NCBI GenBank assembly: GCA_902560315.1 | Contig: CACELG010000003.1 | Span: 36,306 to 100,305 of the forward strand | Reading direction: 5' to 3' | DNA: 64,000 nt | Source: an uncultured SAR86 cluster bacterium | GTDB lineage: Bacteria; Pseudomonadota; Gammaproteobacteria; Magnimaribacterales; D2472 | Shown: positions 9,910 to 19,042 of the stretch, in pieces | Layout of the letters: every line of letters begins with the position of its first letter | Numbering within the stretch: the stretch's first letter is position 1 | The notes under the pieces: generated by a model | The model's input: the letters and a program-made list of their open reading frames with translations, nothing else | Databases searched by the model: none | Told to the model about the DNA's origin: nothing | Program-made: the position numbers and the translations under genes

Positions 9910-11134
9910 TCTCAACTTTTTTAGAAATCTTGATACCTAAAAATGATAAGTAACCCGCAATAGGAATTGCAATTAATGGAAAAGAATTAGCTGCAACGCT
10001 AGTTAATTTACCAAGAGCAATAAAACCACTACCTGACAGATCTCCAAATCTTGTAATAAAGGTATCTATGAATACAGTTGATTTGTATCTATCATTTTTC
10101 TTAAAGGTTGTAAAAATAGTTTCTCTGGTGGGTTTGTTTACACCGTATTCAAAAATTCTTAGTAAAACTGTAACAACACCTACTGATATTATTGAAGGAG
10201 CCAGTCCATAGGCTAAATAAGCAAAGAAAAATAATATTCCATATAAAAACATAATATTTCTAATACCAAATTTTTTAATAATAATATTTGTTAAAAAAAG
10301 TTGGACAACAAGCGTTAATGGTGAAGTTACTTGTTCAACTATTGCAAAAAATCTTAGTCTTTGCTCGGGGTTTTGTGACCATTCTTCTACAATGTTTATA
10401 GCTGTTATCCACTGGATTGTCATTAGTGCAGTCCATATCCAAACATATGTAGCTATATTTCTAATTTCATGTACCTTTAGAGAGTTTTTAATAGCATCAA
10501 AGCTTCCGCCACCCACATCACTTAATTTTAAATTAATATCTTTTTGAAATTTTGATAGCATATATAATGCAAGTAACATTGCAAAAAAAAGAAGCAATGC
10601 CGCAGATAAAGTAAATAATTCCAAACCAAGTTCATTAAAAGAACTCGAGAAACGTTTTGAAATTTCTGATCCAAACATTGCCCCTATGGAGCCACCTGCC
10701 ATAATTACCCCATAAAATGATCTTTTATTTGAGTCTCTAAATAAATTTATTACAAGCACCCAGAAGATTGAAACTACAAAAAAAGAATATACATTGCACC
10801 AAACATAAAAAATTCGTCCAAGCCATATTGACTCACCAAAGCCTAGGACTTTCCATGCAAAAAGAAATAGGATTAAGTTCATTATTAAAAATGAATAACA
10901 AAATAAAATAATTTTCTTTAAATTTGATTTTGAAGCTATCCAAGAATAAATAGGATTAACTAACAACATCGCCATTGCTCCAGCAGCTAAAAGGAAAGGA
11001 AGTTCGTCAACATTTGTGACTGCCATTTCGTTCCTTACTGGTCTTAAAACATACCAAGAAGAAAGCACAAAAAAGAATAGCAAAGAACCAAGAAAGGAAT
11101 CTTTTGAGAATGAGCTCTTTATGAGATTAAACAA
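9896..11134 (-). CDS. MFS-fold transporter of the NTT/TLC (ATP:ADP antiporter, AAA) family; TTG start
   Basis: Multiple hydrophobic helices; family motifs YVLRPVRNEM, FYVW.NVY..FVVS.FW, YG.I.AGGS.G, KPTRE..FT...RYK...FIDT...RFGD; SD AGGAG upstream. Confidence 0.8.
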   Translation of the reverse strand: MFNLIKSSFSKDSFLGSLLFFFVLSSWYVLRPVRNEMAVTNVDELPFLLAAGAMAMLLVNPIYSWIASKSNLKKIILFCYSFLIMNLILFLFAWKVLGFGESIWLGRIFYVWCNVYSFFVVSIFWVLVINLFRDSNKRSFYGVIMAGGSIGAMFGSEISKRFSSSFNELGLELFTLSAALLLFFAMLLALYMLSKFQKDINLKLSDVGGGSFDAIKNSLKVHEIRNIATYVWIWTALMTIQWITAINIVEEWSQNPEQRLRFFAIVEQVTSPLTLVVQLFLTNIIIKKFGIRNIMFLYGILFFFAYLAYGLAPSIISVGVVTVLLRIFEYGVNKPTRETIFTTFKKNDRYKSTVFIDTFITRFGDLSGSGFIALGKLTSVAANSFPLIAIPIAGYLSFLGIKISKKVEIKGL

Positions 11135-11149
11135 AAATATCTCCTAAAG

Positions 11150-11225
11150 TGGTGGGTCGCACAGGATTCGAACCTGTGACCAATTGGTTAAAAGCCAACT
11201 GCTCTACCAGCTGAGCTAGCGACCC
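11150..11225 (-). tRNA. tRNA-Lys (anticodon UUU), CCA encoded
   Basis: GGGTCGCTAGCTCAGCTGGTAGAGCAGTTGGCTTTTAACCAATTGGTCACAGGTTCGAATCCTGTGCGACCCACCA, 76-nt cloverleaf. Confidence 0.98.
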
Positions 11226-11248
11226 ACAGTAATACATAAAGATGGTGA

Positions 11249-11908
11249 TTATTCCATATTTTTCAATAACTGCAAGGCTAAGGATGAAGCAGTATTATTT
11301 GGGTATTCCCTTACAACAAAATTATATTTATCTTTAGCATTTTCAATTTCATTTGATCTAAGAAAAATATCTCCTATTTTTTTATGAGCTAATGGAACTC
11401 TGTAATGATTTGGGTAAGAACTTATCAGGTTCATAAAATAATCATTAGATTTTTCTAAATTGTTATTTATTAAACAAATCTCTCCAAGCCAAAAATAAGA
11501 AAGAGGCGTTTTTTCTTCATCATTAAAGCTTTCAACAAAATACTTAAATAAATTTAGTGCCTCTTCAAAACTTTGATTTTCTAGTGCATTGATGGCAGCT
11601 GAATAAACCTGATCTTTGCTTTCAAGATCTTCAACACCTTCAAATCTAATTTCTGCATTTAAGGTTAAATCCTCTAAATTACTTAAATTCTCTTTTTCAT
11701 CAGTATTCATAGATTCTTTTATTAATTTCTCAATCAGATAATTTTGAGATTCAATTTTGTTTCTTAAGTCTGCGATTTCAGATTCTAGCTCTTGAATCTT
11801 TAAGAAAAGAATATCTGTTTTGGCTTCTTCATTTTCATTAGCATTCAATATGGGAATCAGGAACAGACAAAAATAAAAATATTTAAATAAACAAATTTTG
11901 CAATTCAT
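11249..11908 (-). CDS. cpoB: Cell division coordinator CpoB (YbgF)
   Basis: N-terminal coiled coil plus TPRs (YFWLGE, YPN); follows pal. Confidence 0.88.
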   Translation of the reverse strand: MNCKICLFKYFYFCLFLIPILNANENEEAKTDILFLKIQELESEIADLRNKIESQNYLIEKLIKESMNTDEKENLSNLEDLTLNAEIRFEGVEDLESKDQVYSAAINALENQSFEEALNLFKYFVESFNDEEKTPLSYFWLGEICLINNNLEKSNDYFMNLISSYPNHYRVPLAHKKIGDIFLRSNEIENAKDKYNFVVREYPNNTASSLALQLLKNME

Positions 11909-12396
11909 TAATTGACTTCAACTCTTCTATTTTTTGAATAGCTTTTTTCATTTTGGCCTGACACTGCAGGTCTTTCTTCACCATAACTTTTTACAGTAAT
12001 TCTGCTTTTACTAATTCCATTAAGAACAAGGTAGTCACTGACTGTTTCAGCTCTTCTCTGACCCAATGCCAGGTTATATTCTCTTGTTCCTCTTTCATCA
12101 GCATGACCAGCAAGTGTAATTTGAATAGAAGAATTTTCATTTAAAGCATTAACAGTACTTTTTAGTGTTTGAATTGATTTGCTTGTTAAATTTGATTTAT
12201 CAAATTCAAAATATATAGTTGCATTAGCAAAAACTGCCATGCTGTCATATCTTATATTTTCATTATTTATAGATGTTGCTTCTACTGTTTTTACTCCTCC
12301 AGAACTAACTTTTTCTTGAGTTACGTTCATGCTTGAACAAGATGACAAAAAAATTATTACAATTAAAAAATTTAATTTATTTCTAAAAATAAACAT
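11908..12396 (-). CDS. pal: Peptidoglycan-associated lipoprotein Pal
   Basis: Lipobox LSSC; IYFEFDKS, GHADERGTREYNLALGQRRA, NRRVE. Confidence 0.96.
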   Translation of the reverse strand: MFIFRNKLNFLIVIIFLSSCSSMNVTQEKVSSGGVKTVEATSINNENIRYDSMAVFANATIYFEFDKSNLTSKSIQTLKSTVNALNENSSIQITLAGHADERGTREYNLALGQRRAETVSDYLVLNGISKSRITVKSYGEERPAVSGQNEKSYSKNRRVEVN

Positions 12397-12412
12397 ATTT
12401 ACTCCATTAATA

Positions 12413-13669
12413 TTATCTTAAAAATCCTGACCAGGATGGTTCCCTTACAGCTCCTTTTTTAGCAGGTAATCTAAACTTAGCACCACTTAAAGTCACCCCA
12501 GAAAGCAATCCCATGCCCTCATCTGTTATAGAGTAGACTATAACATTTCCATTAGGTGAAATGCTAGGAGATTCATCCATTTGAGCTTCAGTAAGAGGCC
12601 TTATAAAATTTTCATCAAAATATTTGATTGCTATTTGAAAATTCGTATTTGCTCTGTGAACAAATACAATTCCTTCATTATTTGGTAAATAGGCTCCTTT
12701 GGCATTGTAATTACCATCAAAAGTTAACCTTTTAGGTCTTGAATTGAATCTTCTTAATTCCAATTCGTAAAGTTGTGGAGATCCAGATCGACCAGAAGTA
12801 AATAAGATTTTTGAACCTCTTGGTGACCACGAGGACTCAGTATCAATAGAATAATGATTTGTTAATCTTGTAAGGTTTTTATTTTTTAAATTAAGAATAT
12901 AAATTTCTGCATTGCCATCTTGATACATTGTTAAAGATAAAAACTTTCCATCTGGTGAAAATGATGGTGAACTTATTTGAGATGAATTTTCAATTGCAAT
13001 TTCTCTTTTTCCTGAAGCTATGTCTTGAATAAAAACTTTTGCCATTCCAGTTTCGAACGAAACATATGCAACTTTTTTTGAGTCTGGAGACCATACAGGA
13101 GAAATAATTGGCTCTGTGCTTTTAAGCAGGATTTGTTCATTAGCCCCGTCAGCATCAGCAATAACTAAATTAAAATCCTCTTTTTGTGTAACATAAAGAA
13201 TCTTTGTAGAAGCTATTCCTTTAATTCCAGTAATCTCTTCATAAATACCATCACTTATATAATGACCAAGCTGTCTATTCTTGTTAGGAATTCCATAAAC
13301 TGTTGATGTTCTAACTTTTGAACCTTTTTTAATGTCAAAAACCTGATACTCAGCTGAGATATTTGTTCCTTCAGTAAGAATTTCTCCCATAACCAGATAG
13401 TCGATATTTAAAATTTTAAAGTCATTAAAAACAATTTCTTCTTCATTATTTGGTAGGGAAAGTAATTTTTCACTTTCGAATATTTTAAATTCACCAGATC
13501 TAACTAGATTGTTTTGAATAACTTTGTTCAAAGTATCGCTAATTTCTTTATCTCCTTTAAATGGGACTAATGCAACTCGATAAGGATCTTCTGTACCTTG
13601 GGTAATCTCTAGAACAAGCTCAGATAATAAAAAATTAGAAAATATCAATATTAAAAATATCTTTTTCAT
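12413..13669 (-). CDS. tolB: Tol-Pal beta-propeller protein TolB
   Basis: ADADG, SP.WSPD repeats, AYVSFE, REPSWS. Confidence 0.96.
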   Translation of the reverse strand: MKKIFLILIFSNFLLSELVLEITQGTEDPYRVALVPFKGDKEISDTLNKVIQNNLVRSGEFKIFESEKLLSLPNNEEEIVFNDFKILNIDYLVMGEILTEGTNISAEYQVFDIKKGSKVRTSTVYGIPNKNRQLGHYISDGIYEEITGIKGIASTKILYVTQKEDFNLVIADADGANEQILLKSTEPIISPVWSPDSKKVAYVSFETGMAKVFIQDIASGKREIAIENSSQISSPSFSPDGKFLSLTMYQDGNAEIYILNLKNKNLTRLTNHYSIDTESSWSPRGSKILFTSGRSGSPQLYELELRRFNSRPKRLTFDGNYNAKGAYLPNNEGIVFVHRANTNFQIAIKYFDENFIRPLTEAQMDESPSISPNGNVIVYSITDEGMGLLSGVTLSGAKFRLPAKKGAVREPSWSGFLR

Positions 13670-14292
13670 GATGGGTTAAATGTTATAACGATATTTTTAA
13701 AATTAGATAAGTATATGTTGTAAGGAATACTATTAAAAAAATTAAAAGTTTCAATTCTTTGCACTGCCATTAAAGCCGAATTATCAAATCTTATATTTCC
13801 ACTACTTTTGATGAGATTAACATTTATAATTCTCCCGTTTTTATTAATCGTTATCCTCAAGTCGCATATAAGGCCATCCTGAATATTAAGAGGCTTTCGC
13901 CACGCTGACTGTAAACTTTGAATAATTAAAGAACTATATAATTCTACTTGGCTTTGTTCAGACTCTTGAGATATAAGACTGTCTTCCCTTAATAGATCTT
14001 CAAAACTTGTTGATGGAATAAGAGAATCGAATGAAATATATTTTTCAGGGACAATATCTTGAGGGATCTGATTGCTCTCTACAACCTCCTCAGCCTTAAT
14101 TTCTTGTATCTGATTTGAATTACTTTTGATCGGAACTTCATCTTTAAATACTAAATTAACCTCTATTGGTTTGCTCAAGATAGATCTTTCTCTAGCTTCA
14201 AAATAAAAATATCCAAGAAGATATAAAATAATTGATGCATGAATCAAAAATGAAATAAAAGATGCCTCTAGGTATATTTTATTAATTCTCAT
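13666..14292 (-). CDS. tolA: Short TolA-like energy transducer
   Basis: TM helix with SHLS-type motif (SFLIH); C-terminal domain W..P...SSGN..FD.SA..AV; lies between tolR and tolB. Confidence 0.85.
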   Translation of the reverse strand: MRINKIYLEASFISFLIHASIILYLLGYFYFEARERSILSKPIEVNLVFKDEVPIKSNSNQIQEIKAEEVVESNQIPQDIVPEKYISFDSLIPSTSFEDLLREDSLISQESEQSQVELYSSLIIQSLQSAWRKPLNIQDGLICDLRITINKNGRIINVNLIKSSGNIRFDNSALMAVQRIETFNFFNSIPYNIYLSNFKNIVITFNPS

Positions 14293-14704
14293 AACCTGAC
14301 GTTACGATACCAATTTTAGATATTCCAACACTCTGAACAGAAGCCATTCCTTTAGCTACGAAATCAAAGGCAACATCCTTATCGCTTTGAAAAACGACCT
14401 CAATCTCAGGATTGGCATCAAATATTACTCTAGATTTTCTTTTAAGTTCCTCTAGATTTATTGATAAAGATTCATCCCCAACATTGATAAAATAATTACC
14501 TTCCCTATTAATTGAAATCACCAGAGGTTCATTTTGCACAGTCATCTTAGTAGTATCCGTTTGAGGTAAATTCACTTCGATACCTTGTATTAAAAGTGGT
14601 GATAGAACCATAAATATAATTAATAAAACAAGCATTACATCGATATAAGGAACTACATTAATTTCAGCTTTAAGGTTCTTCTTCTTTGCAAGTCTATAAA
14701 TCAT
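14282..14704 (-). CDS. tolR: TolR
   Basis: EINVVPYIDVMLVLLIIFM. Confidence 0.96.
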   Translation of the reverse strand: MIYRLAKKKNLKAEINVVPYIDVMLVLLIIFMVLSPLLIQGIEVNLPQTDTTKMTVQNEPLVISINREGNYFINVGDESLSINLEELKRKSRVIFDANPEIEVVFQSDKDVAFDFVAKGMASVQSVGISKIGIVTSGYEN

Positions 14705-15375
14705 TATTTTTTATTAATCGATTTTTTATAAAAAATACTTGCTAATTCTTCTGCAAAAATTAATGTGCTCTGGCTAATTGTCTCTGATTCAGAAGTAAAT
14801 TTATTAAATGCTACTACAGCAGGAATTGCTGCAAATAATCCCATGCCAGTTGCTATTAATGCTTCTGAGATACCAGGTGCAACAGCATTTATTGTGGCTT
14901 GAGTAGCATCAGATAAGCCTTGAAAAGATGTCATAATACCCCAAACTGTTCCTAATAATCCTACGTATGGACTAACTGAACCAACATTGGCTAAAAAAGA
15001 TAAATGTTTATTCATCTCTTCTTCATCTGAAGCAATCGAAACTCTCATTGATCTATTGATACCCTCAAGATCAAATTCTGAAATATTATCTTCTGAATTA
15101 ATTAAAGAAAACTCATCAAATGAATTCTTAAAAAGATTCTTAGCTCCGTAAAGTGAAGATTCTTTTGATACTTCTTTATATAAAATATCCAAATCTTTAC
15201 CACTCCAAAAAGTTTTAAGAAAATTATCATTCTCGCTTTTTATCTTTCTAAAAAAATTAGATCTTTCAACAATAACTATCCAAGATAAAATTGAAGCAAT
15301 AAAAAGCAATAGCATGACAATCTTTACAACCATTCCTGCTTCTAGAAAAAGATTTAAAACTGAAATATCATCCAT
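14704..15375 (-). CDS. tolQ: TolQ
   Basis: SPYVGLLGTVWGIM, VAPGISEALIAT.MGLFAAIPAV. Confidence 0.96.
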   Translation of the reverse strand: MDDISVLNLFLEAGMVVKIVMLLLFIASILSWIVIVERSNFFRKIKSENDNFLKTFWSGKDLDILYKEVSKESSLYGAKNLFKNSFDEFSLINSEDNISEFDLEGINRSMRVSIASDEEEMNKHLSFLANVGSVSPYVGLLGTVWGIMTSFQGLSDATQATINAVAPGISEALIATGMGLFAAIPAVVAFNKFTSESETISQSTLIFAEELASIFYKKSINKK

Positions 15376-15383
15376 AATTTTTC

Positions 15384-15794
15384 CTACTTAAAAATTAATA
15401 ATAAATCATTCGGAAACTTTTGTGGTTTTTTTGTAGTGAGATTAATAAAACACACTTCTACTTCTCCTTTTACATACTCTTTGTTATCTTTTTTGTTAAT
15501 AACTTTTTGATAGAAAATCATTCTTGCATCAGATTTTTTTTCAACACTAGATTTGATAATTATTTCATCTCCAAGTTCAGCAGGTGATTTATAATGAAGT
15601 TCGATTCTTTTTATAACAAAGGCTGTGTCTGCCTTTATTAATTTTTTTTGTAATATTCCATTTTTTGATAAAAATTCTGATCTTGATCTCTCAAAATATT
15701 TCACATAATTTGAATGATAAACAAAACCTTGAAAATCAGTATCTTCAACATACACTTTGTAGTGTAGGTCATCACACTTGATAATTTTGCTCAT
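15384..15794 (-). CDS. ybgC: Tol-Pal-associated acyl-CoA thioesterase YbgC
   Basis: VYVEDTDFQGFVYHSNYVKYFERSRSE; upstream of tolQ. Confidence 0.92.
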   Translation of the reverse strand: MSKIIKCDDLHYKVYVEDTDFQGFVYHSNYVKYFERSRSEFLSKNGILQKKLIKADTAFVIKRIELHYKSPAELGDEIIIKSSVEKKSDARMIFYQKVINKKDNKEYVKGEVEVCFINLTTKKPQKFPNDLLLIFK

Positions 15795-16197
15795 GAAGCT
15801 CTATATCCTCTTGAAATAGTTCTAATATTATTTGAATAAAATCTGGCCATAACAAATCAATTGTTACAAGATTATTTTTTATATTCTTATTAATTGAGTT
15901 TGCAAGAATTCGAACTTTTATTGGTCTGTTATTAAATTTGTAGACAAGCGCTGGCATTGACCCCTCTGCGCTTGAAGATGCAAGAACTTGCTCCCACCAA
16001 TCAGGTCTGGGCTCTGCACCGGTTCCATAGGCTTTGCATTCAATACACCACCTACCAAGCGTAAGATCCGGCAGCTCTTTAGTTCTAGTTTGTTCAAGAA
16101 TTCTTTTAACAGGATTTTTTAGATTTAAATCATCTATAAGTGCATTTGCTATTTGCCTTTCGAATGCAGCCCCTTTATTTCTTGAATTTATAGACAA
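15772..16197 (-). CDS. PD-(D/E)XK nuclease, Hjc-like/phage-type putative Holliday junction resolvase (TTG start)
   Basis: KGAAFER (E13), PD (D44) and IECK (E53-x-K55) give the Hjc-type motif order; occupies the ruvCAB position. Confidence 0.72.
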   Translation of the reverse strand: MSINSRNKGAAFERQIANALIDDLNLKNPVKRILEQTRTKELPDLTLGRWCIECKAYGTGAEPRPDWWEQVLASSSAEGSMPALVYKFNNRPIKVRILANSINKNIKNNLVTIDLLWPDFIQIILELFQEDIELHEQNYQV

Positions 16198-16200
16198 AAT

Positions 16201-16938
16201 TTAATCCTTAGCCTCAAAACTATCAGGGAATTCAGCGTTAGTATGAACTTCTTGAACATCATCAAGATCATCCATAAATTCCATGATGTTTAAAACTTTT
16301 TCTGACATTTCATTATCTAAACATACGAGGGTCTCAGCTCGTAAAGTTAATTCTGCATTTAAATATTTAATATCATTTTGCTTAAAAATATCTATAATTT
16401 TATTAAAATCATTTGGCTCGGTTGTCACTTCAAAAAAATCTTCTTCATTAGTAATATCAATTGCACCAGATTCAATGACTAATTCCATTAGTTTTTCTTC
16501 GGAAAATTCTTTATTTATATGAATCAAACCAAGCTTTTTAAATAAATATGAAACTGATCCATCTGTACCAAGATTTCCTCCAAATTTTGAGAAAGCATGT
16601 CTAACATCTGAAACAGTTCTATTTCTGTTATCAGTCATAGTTTCAACCAAAATTGCTACTCCACCAGGTCCATAGCCCTCAAAAACAATTTCTTCTAATT
16701 GACCTGTTTCGCCAGTACCTGAACCCTTTTCAATAGCTCTTTTAATGGTATCTTTTGGCATGTTAGCCGCGTTTGCTTTTTCAAGAGCTAATCTCAATCT
16801 AGGATTATCATTTGGGTCAGGCCCATCTTTTGCGGCTACAGTTATTTCTCTAATAACTTTTGTCCAAACCTTACCTCTCGATGCATCCTGTCTGGCTTTT
16901 CGATGTTTTATGTTTGCCCACTTTGAATGACCAGCCAT
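16201..16938 (-). CDS. yebC: YebC/PmpR family protein
   Basis: MAGHSKWANIKHRK, EGYGPGG, TDNRNRT. Confidence 0.97.
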   Translation of the reverse strand: MAGHSKWANIKHRKARQDASRGKVWTKVIREITVAAKDGPDPNDNPRLRLALEKANAANMPKDTIKRAIEKGSGTGETGQLEEIVFEGYGPGGVAILVETMTDNRNRTVSDVRHAFSKFGGNLGTDGSVSYLFKKLGLIHINKEFSEEKLMELVIESGAIDITNEEDFFEVTTEPNDFNKIIDIFKQNDIKYLNAELTLRAETLVCLDNEMSEKVLNIMEFMDDLDDVQEVHTNAEFPDSFEAKD

Positions 16939-16941
16939 AAA

Positions 16942-18708
16942 TTATTCTTCCTTATGAGTACTTATTATTTTTAACTCATCGAGTTGATCTTTATCCACTT
17001 TACTTGGCGCATCGGTTAGCAAACATGACGCACTTTGTGTTTTTGGAAAAGCAATGACGTCTCTTATATTTGAAGTATCAGTTACAAGCATAACAATTCT
17101 ATCAAGACCAAATGCTATGCCTCCATGTGGTGGACATCCTGAGGAAAGCGCTTTCAATAAAAATCCAAATTTACTTTCTGCTTCATCTTTTGAGATATTT
17201 AAAATATCAAAAATAGCTTTTTGCATTAAGGTATCAAATATTCTTAAAGACCCTCCCCCTATTTCATATCCGTTTAAAACAACATCATATGCGTATGCGA
17301 TTACCTCATCAGGATTATCTTGTATTTCTTTAATTGAACATTTTGGTAATGTAAATGGATGATGTAAAGGTGTTAAATTACCTTCGTTATTAATTTCAAA
17401 CATCGGGAAGTTAACTACCCAGCAAGGCGCCCATTTTTTAGAATATAAATCAAGGTCTTCACCGAGTTTCTTAATCAAAGAACTCATTGATAAATTAACA
17501 ACTGATTCTTTTCCTGCTCCAAAGAAAATTAAATCATCTGTTGAAACATCTAAAGACTTAATTATGTTTTCTACTGTTTGTGGTTTTAAAAATTTAAGAA
17601 TCGGAGACTGGATGCCATTTTCTAAATCCTTTACATCATTAATCTTTATATATGCCAAACCTTTGGCTCCAAGTTTAGAAACAAACTTAGTGTAATCATC
17701 TATTTGTCCTCTTGATAATGAATTTCCATTAGGTACTTTTAAAGCAACTACTCTAGATCCTTTTTTAGATGCAGGTTCGGAAAATACTTTAAATTCTTCA
17801 TCTTTTACCTGCTCAGAAATTTCAACCAAACTTAACGGTATTCTTAAGTCAGGTTTATCACATCCATAATCTCGAATTGCATCATGCCAATCGATAACTT
17901 CAAATTTTTCTAGCTTATCTCCACAAAAATCTTTAATGATATTTTTTATCATTTTTTCACTAATACTCATTATTTCTTCTTGTTCTATAAAAGAAGCTTC
18001 GATATCAATTTGTGTAAACTCTGGTTGTCTATCTGCTCTTAAATCTTCATCCCTAAAACATCTAGCTATTTGATAGTATTTATCTAAACCTCCTATCATA
18101 AGAAGTTGTTTAAATAATTGAGGTGACTGTGGAAGAGCATAGAAGCTTCCTGGTTGAACTCTACTTGGAAGAATATAATCCCTAGCTCCTTCTGGTGTTG
18201 CCTTGGTTAATATAGGAGTTTCAATTTCATGGAAATCATTTTTATCTAAAAAGTTCCTTATTAAAGAAGTTATTTTTGATCTAGTTATAATTCTTTCGTT
18301 CATCTCAGGCCTTCTTAAATCTAAAACTCGATTTTTAAGTCTTACATCTTCGTTAACCTCTTGGTATTCATCAATTGGAAATACTGGAGTTTTCGCTTTG
18401 CTTAGAATTGTTAAGTCGCCTACTTCAATCTCAATTTCGCCTGTGTGCATATTTTTATTTATAGTTCCTTCTAATCTTTTTCTTACACTTCCTTTAATTT
18501 GCACTACATATTCATTCCTAATTGATTCTGCTAATTGAAATGATTTTGCATTATCAGGATTGACGACTGCCTGACATATACCTCTTATGTCTCTAATGTC
18601 TAAAAATATTACTCCTCCATGATCCCTTCTTCTATGAACCCAGCCACAAATCATTACTTCCTCTTTAAGGTTCGAAGATGTTATTTCGCCACAATAATGA
18701 GATTTCAT
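16942..18708 (-). CDS. aspS: Aspartyl-tRNA synthetase, probably non-discriminating (Asp/Asn)
   Basis: [44 protein letters not shown]. Confidence 0.98.
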   Translation of the reverse strand: MKSHYCGEITSSNLKEEVMICGWVHRRRDHGGVIFLDIRDIRGICQAVVNPDNAKSFQLAESIRNEYVVQIKGSVRKRLEGTINKNMHTGEIEIEVGDLTILSKAKTPVFPIDEYQEVNEDVRLKNRVLDLRRPEMNERIITRSKITSLIRNFLDKNDFHEIETPILTKATPEGARDYILPSRVQPGSFYALPQSPQLFKQLLMIGGLDKYYQIARCFRDEDLRADRQPEFTQIDIEASFIEQEEIMSISEKMIKNIIKDFCGDKLEKFEVIDWHDAIRDYGCDKPDLRIPLSLVEISEQVKDEEFKVFSEPASKKGSRVVALKVPNGNSLSRGQIDDYTKFVSKLGAKGLAYIKINDVKDLENGIQSPILKFLKPQTVENIIKSLDVSTDDLIFFGAGKESVVNLSMSSLIKKLGEDLDLYSKKWAPCWVVNFPMFEINNEGNLTPLHHPFTLPKCSIKEIQDNPDEVIAYAYDVVLNGYEIGGGSLRIFDTLMQKAIFDILNISKDEAESKFGFLLKALSSGCPPHGGIAFGLDRIVMLVTDTSNIRDVIAFPKTQSASCLLTDAPSKVDKDQLDELKIISTHKEE

Positions 18709-18717
18709 GATTATTCC

Positions 18718-19011
18718 CTATTTATCCTTAATTTTATCTTGTTTAGAGTCTTTCTTGGAGTTTGTTTTTGAAGTTTCTGTTGATTTATCACTTTTTGATG
18801 ATTCATTTGATGAAATATTCTTCTTTTTACCTGTTTTAAAGTCAGTTTCATACCAGCCACTTCCCTTTAATCTAAATGATGGTGCTGATATAAGTTTCTT
18901 TAAACTTTTATTACCACATTTTGGACATACTGTTTTAGGATCATCACTGATCTTCTGTATAACTTCCATTTGATGTCCACATTTGGAACATTTATAGTCA
19001 TAAATCGGCAT
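18718..19011 (-). CDS. FmdB-family zinc-ribbon protein
   Basis: MPIYDYKCSKCG...CPKCG...FRLKGSGWYETDF with a Ser/Lys tail. Confidence 0.9.
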   Translation of the reverse strand: MPIYDYKCSKCGHQMEVIQKISDDPKTVCPKCGNKSLKKLISAPSFRLKGSGWYETDFKTGKKKNISSNESSKSDKSTETSKTNSKKDSKQDKIKDK

Positions 19012-19042
19012 AAGTCTTCAAAAAAAGATAAAATTATAAACT

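Noticed and set aside
11100-11250. tRNA-Lys as an integration site for an island or prophage
   Set aside because: No integrase, no duplicated tRNA 3' end noticed, and only one gene before core synteny resumes.
15772-16197. Interpretation as a restriction endonuclease or prophage remnant
   Set aside because: There is no cognate methyltransferase or other phage gene nearby, and the ORF is intact and tightly coupled to core genes. A resolvase is more parsimonious, though unproven.
18718-18830. Ser/Lys low-complexity tail of the FmdB protein
   Set aside because: Such tails are common in this family.
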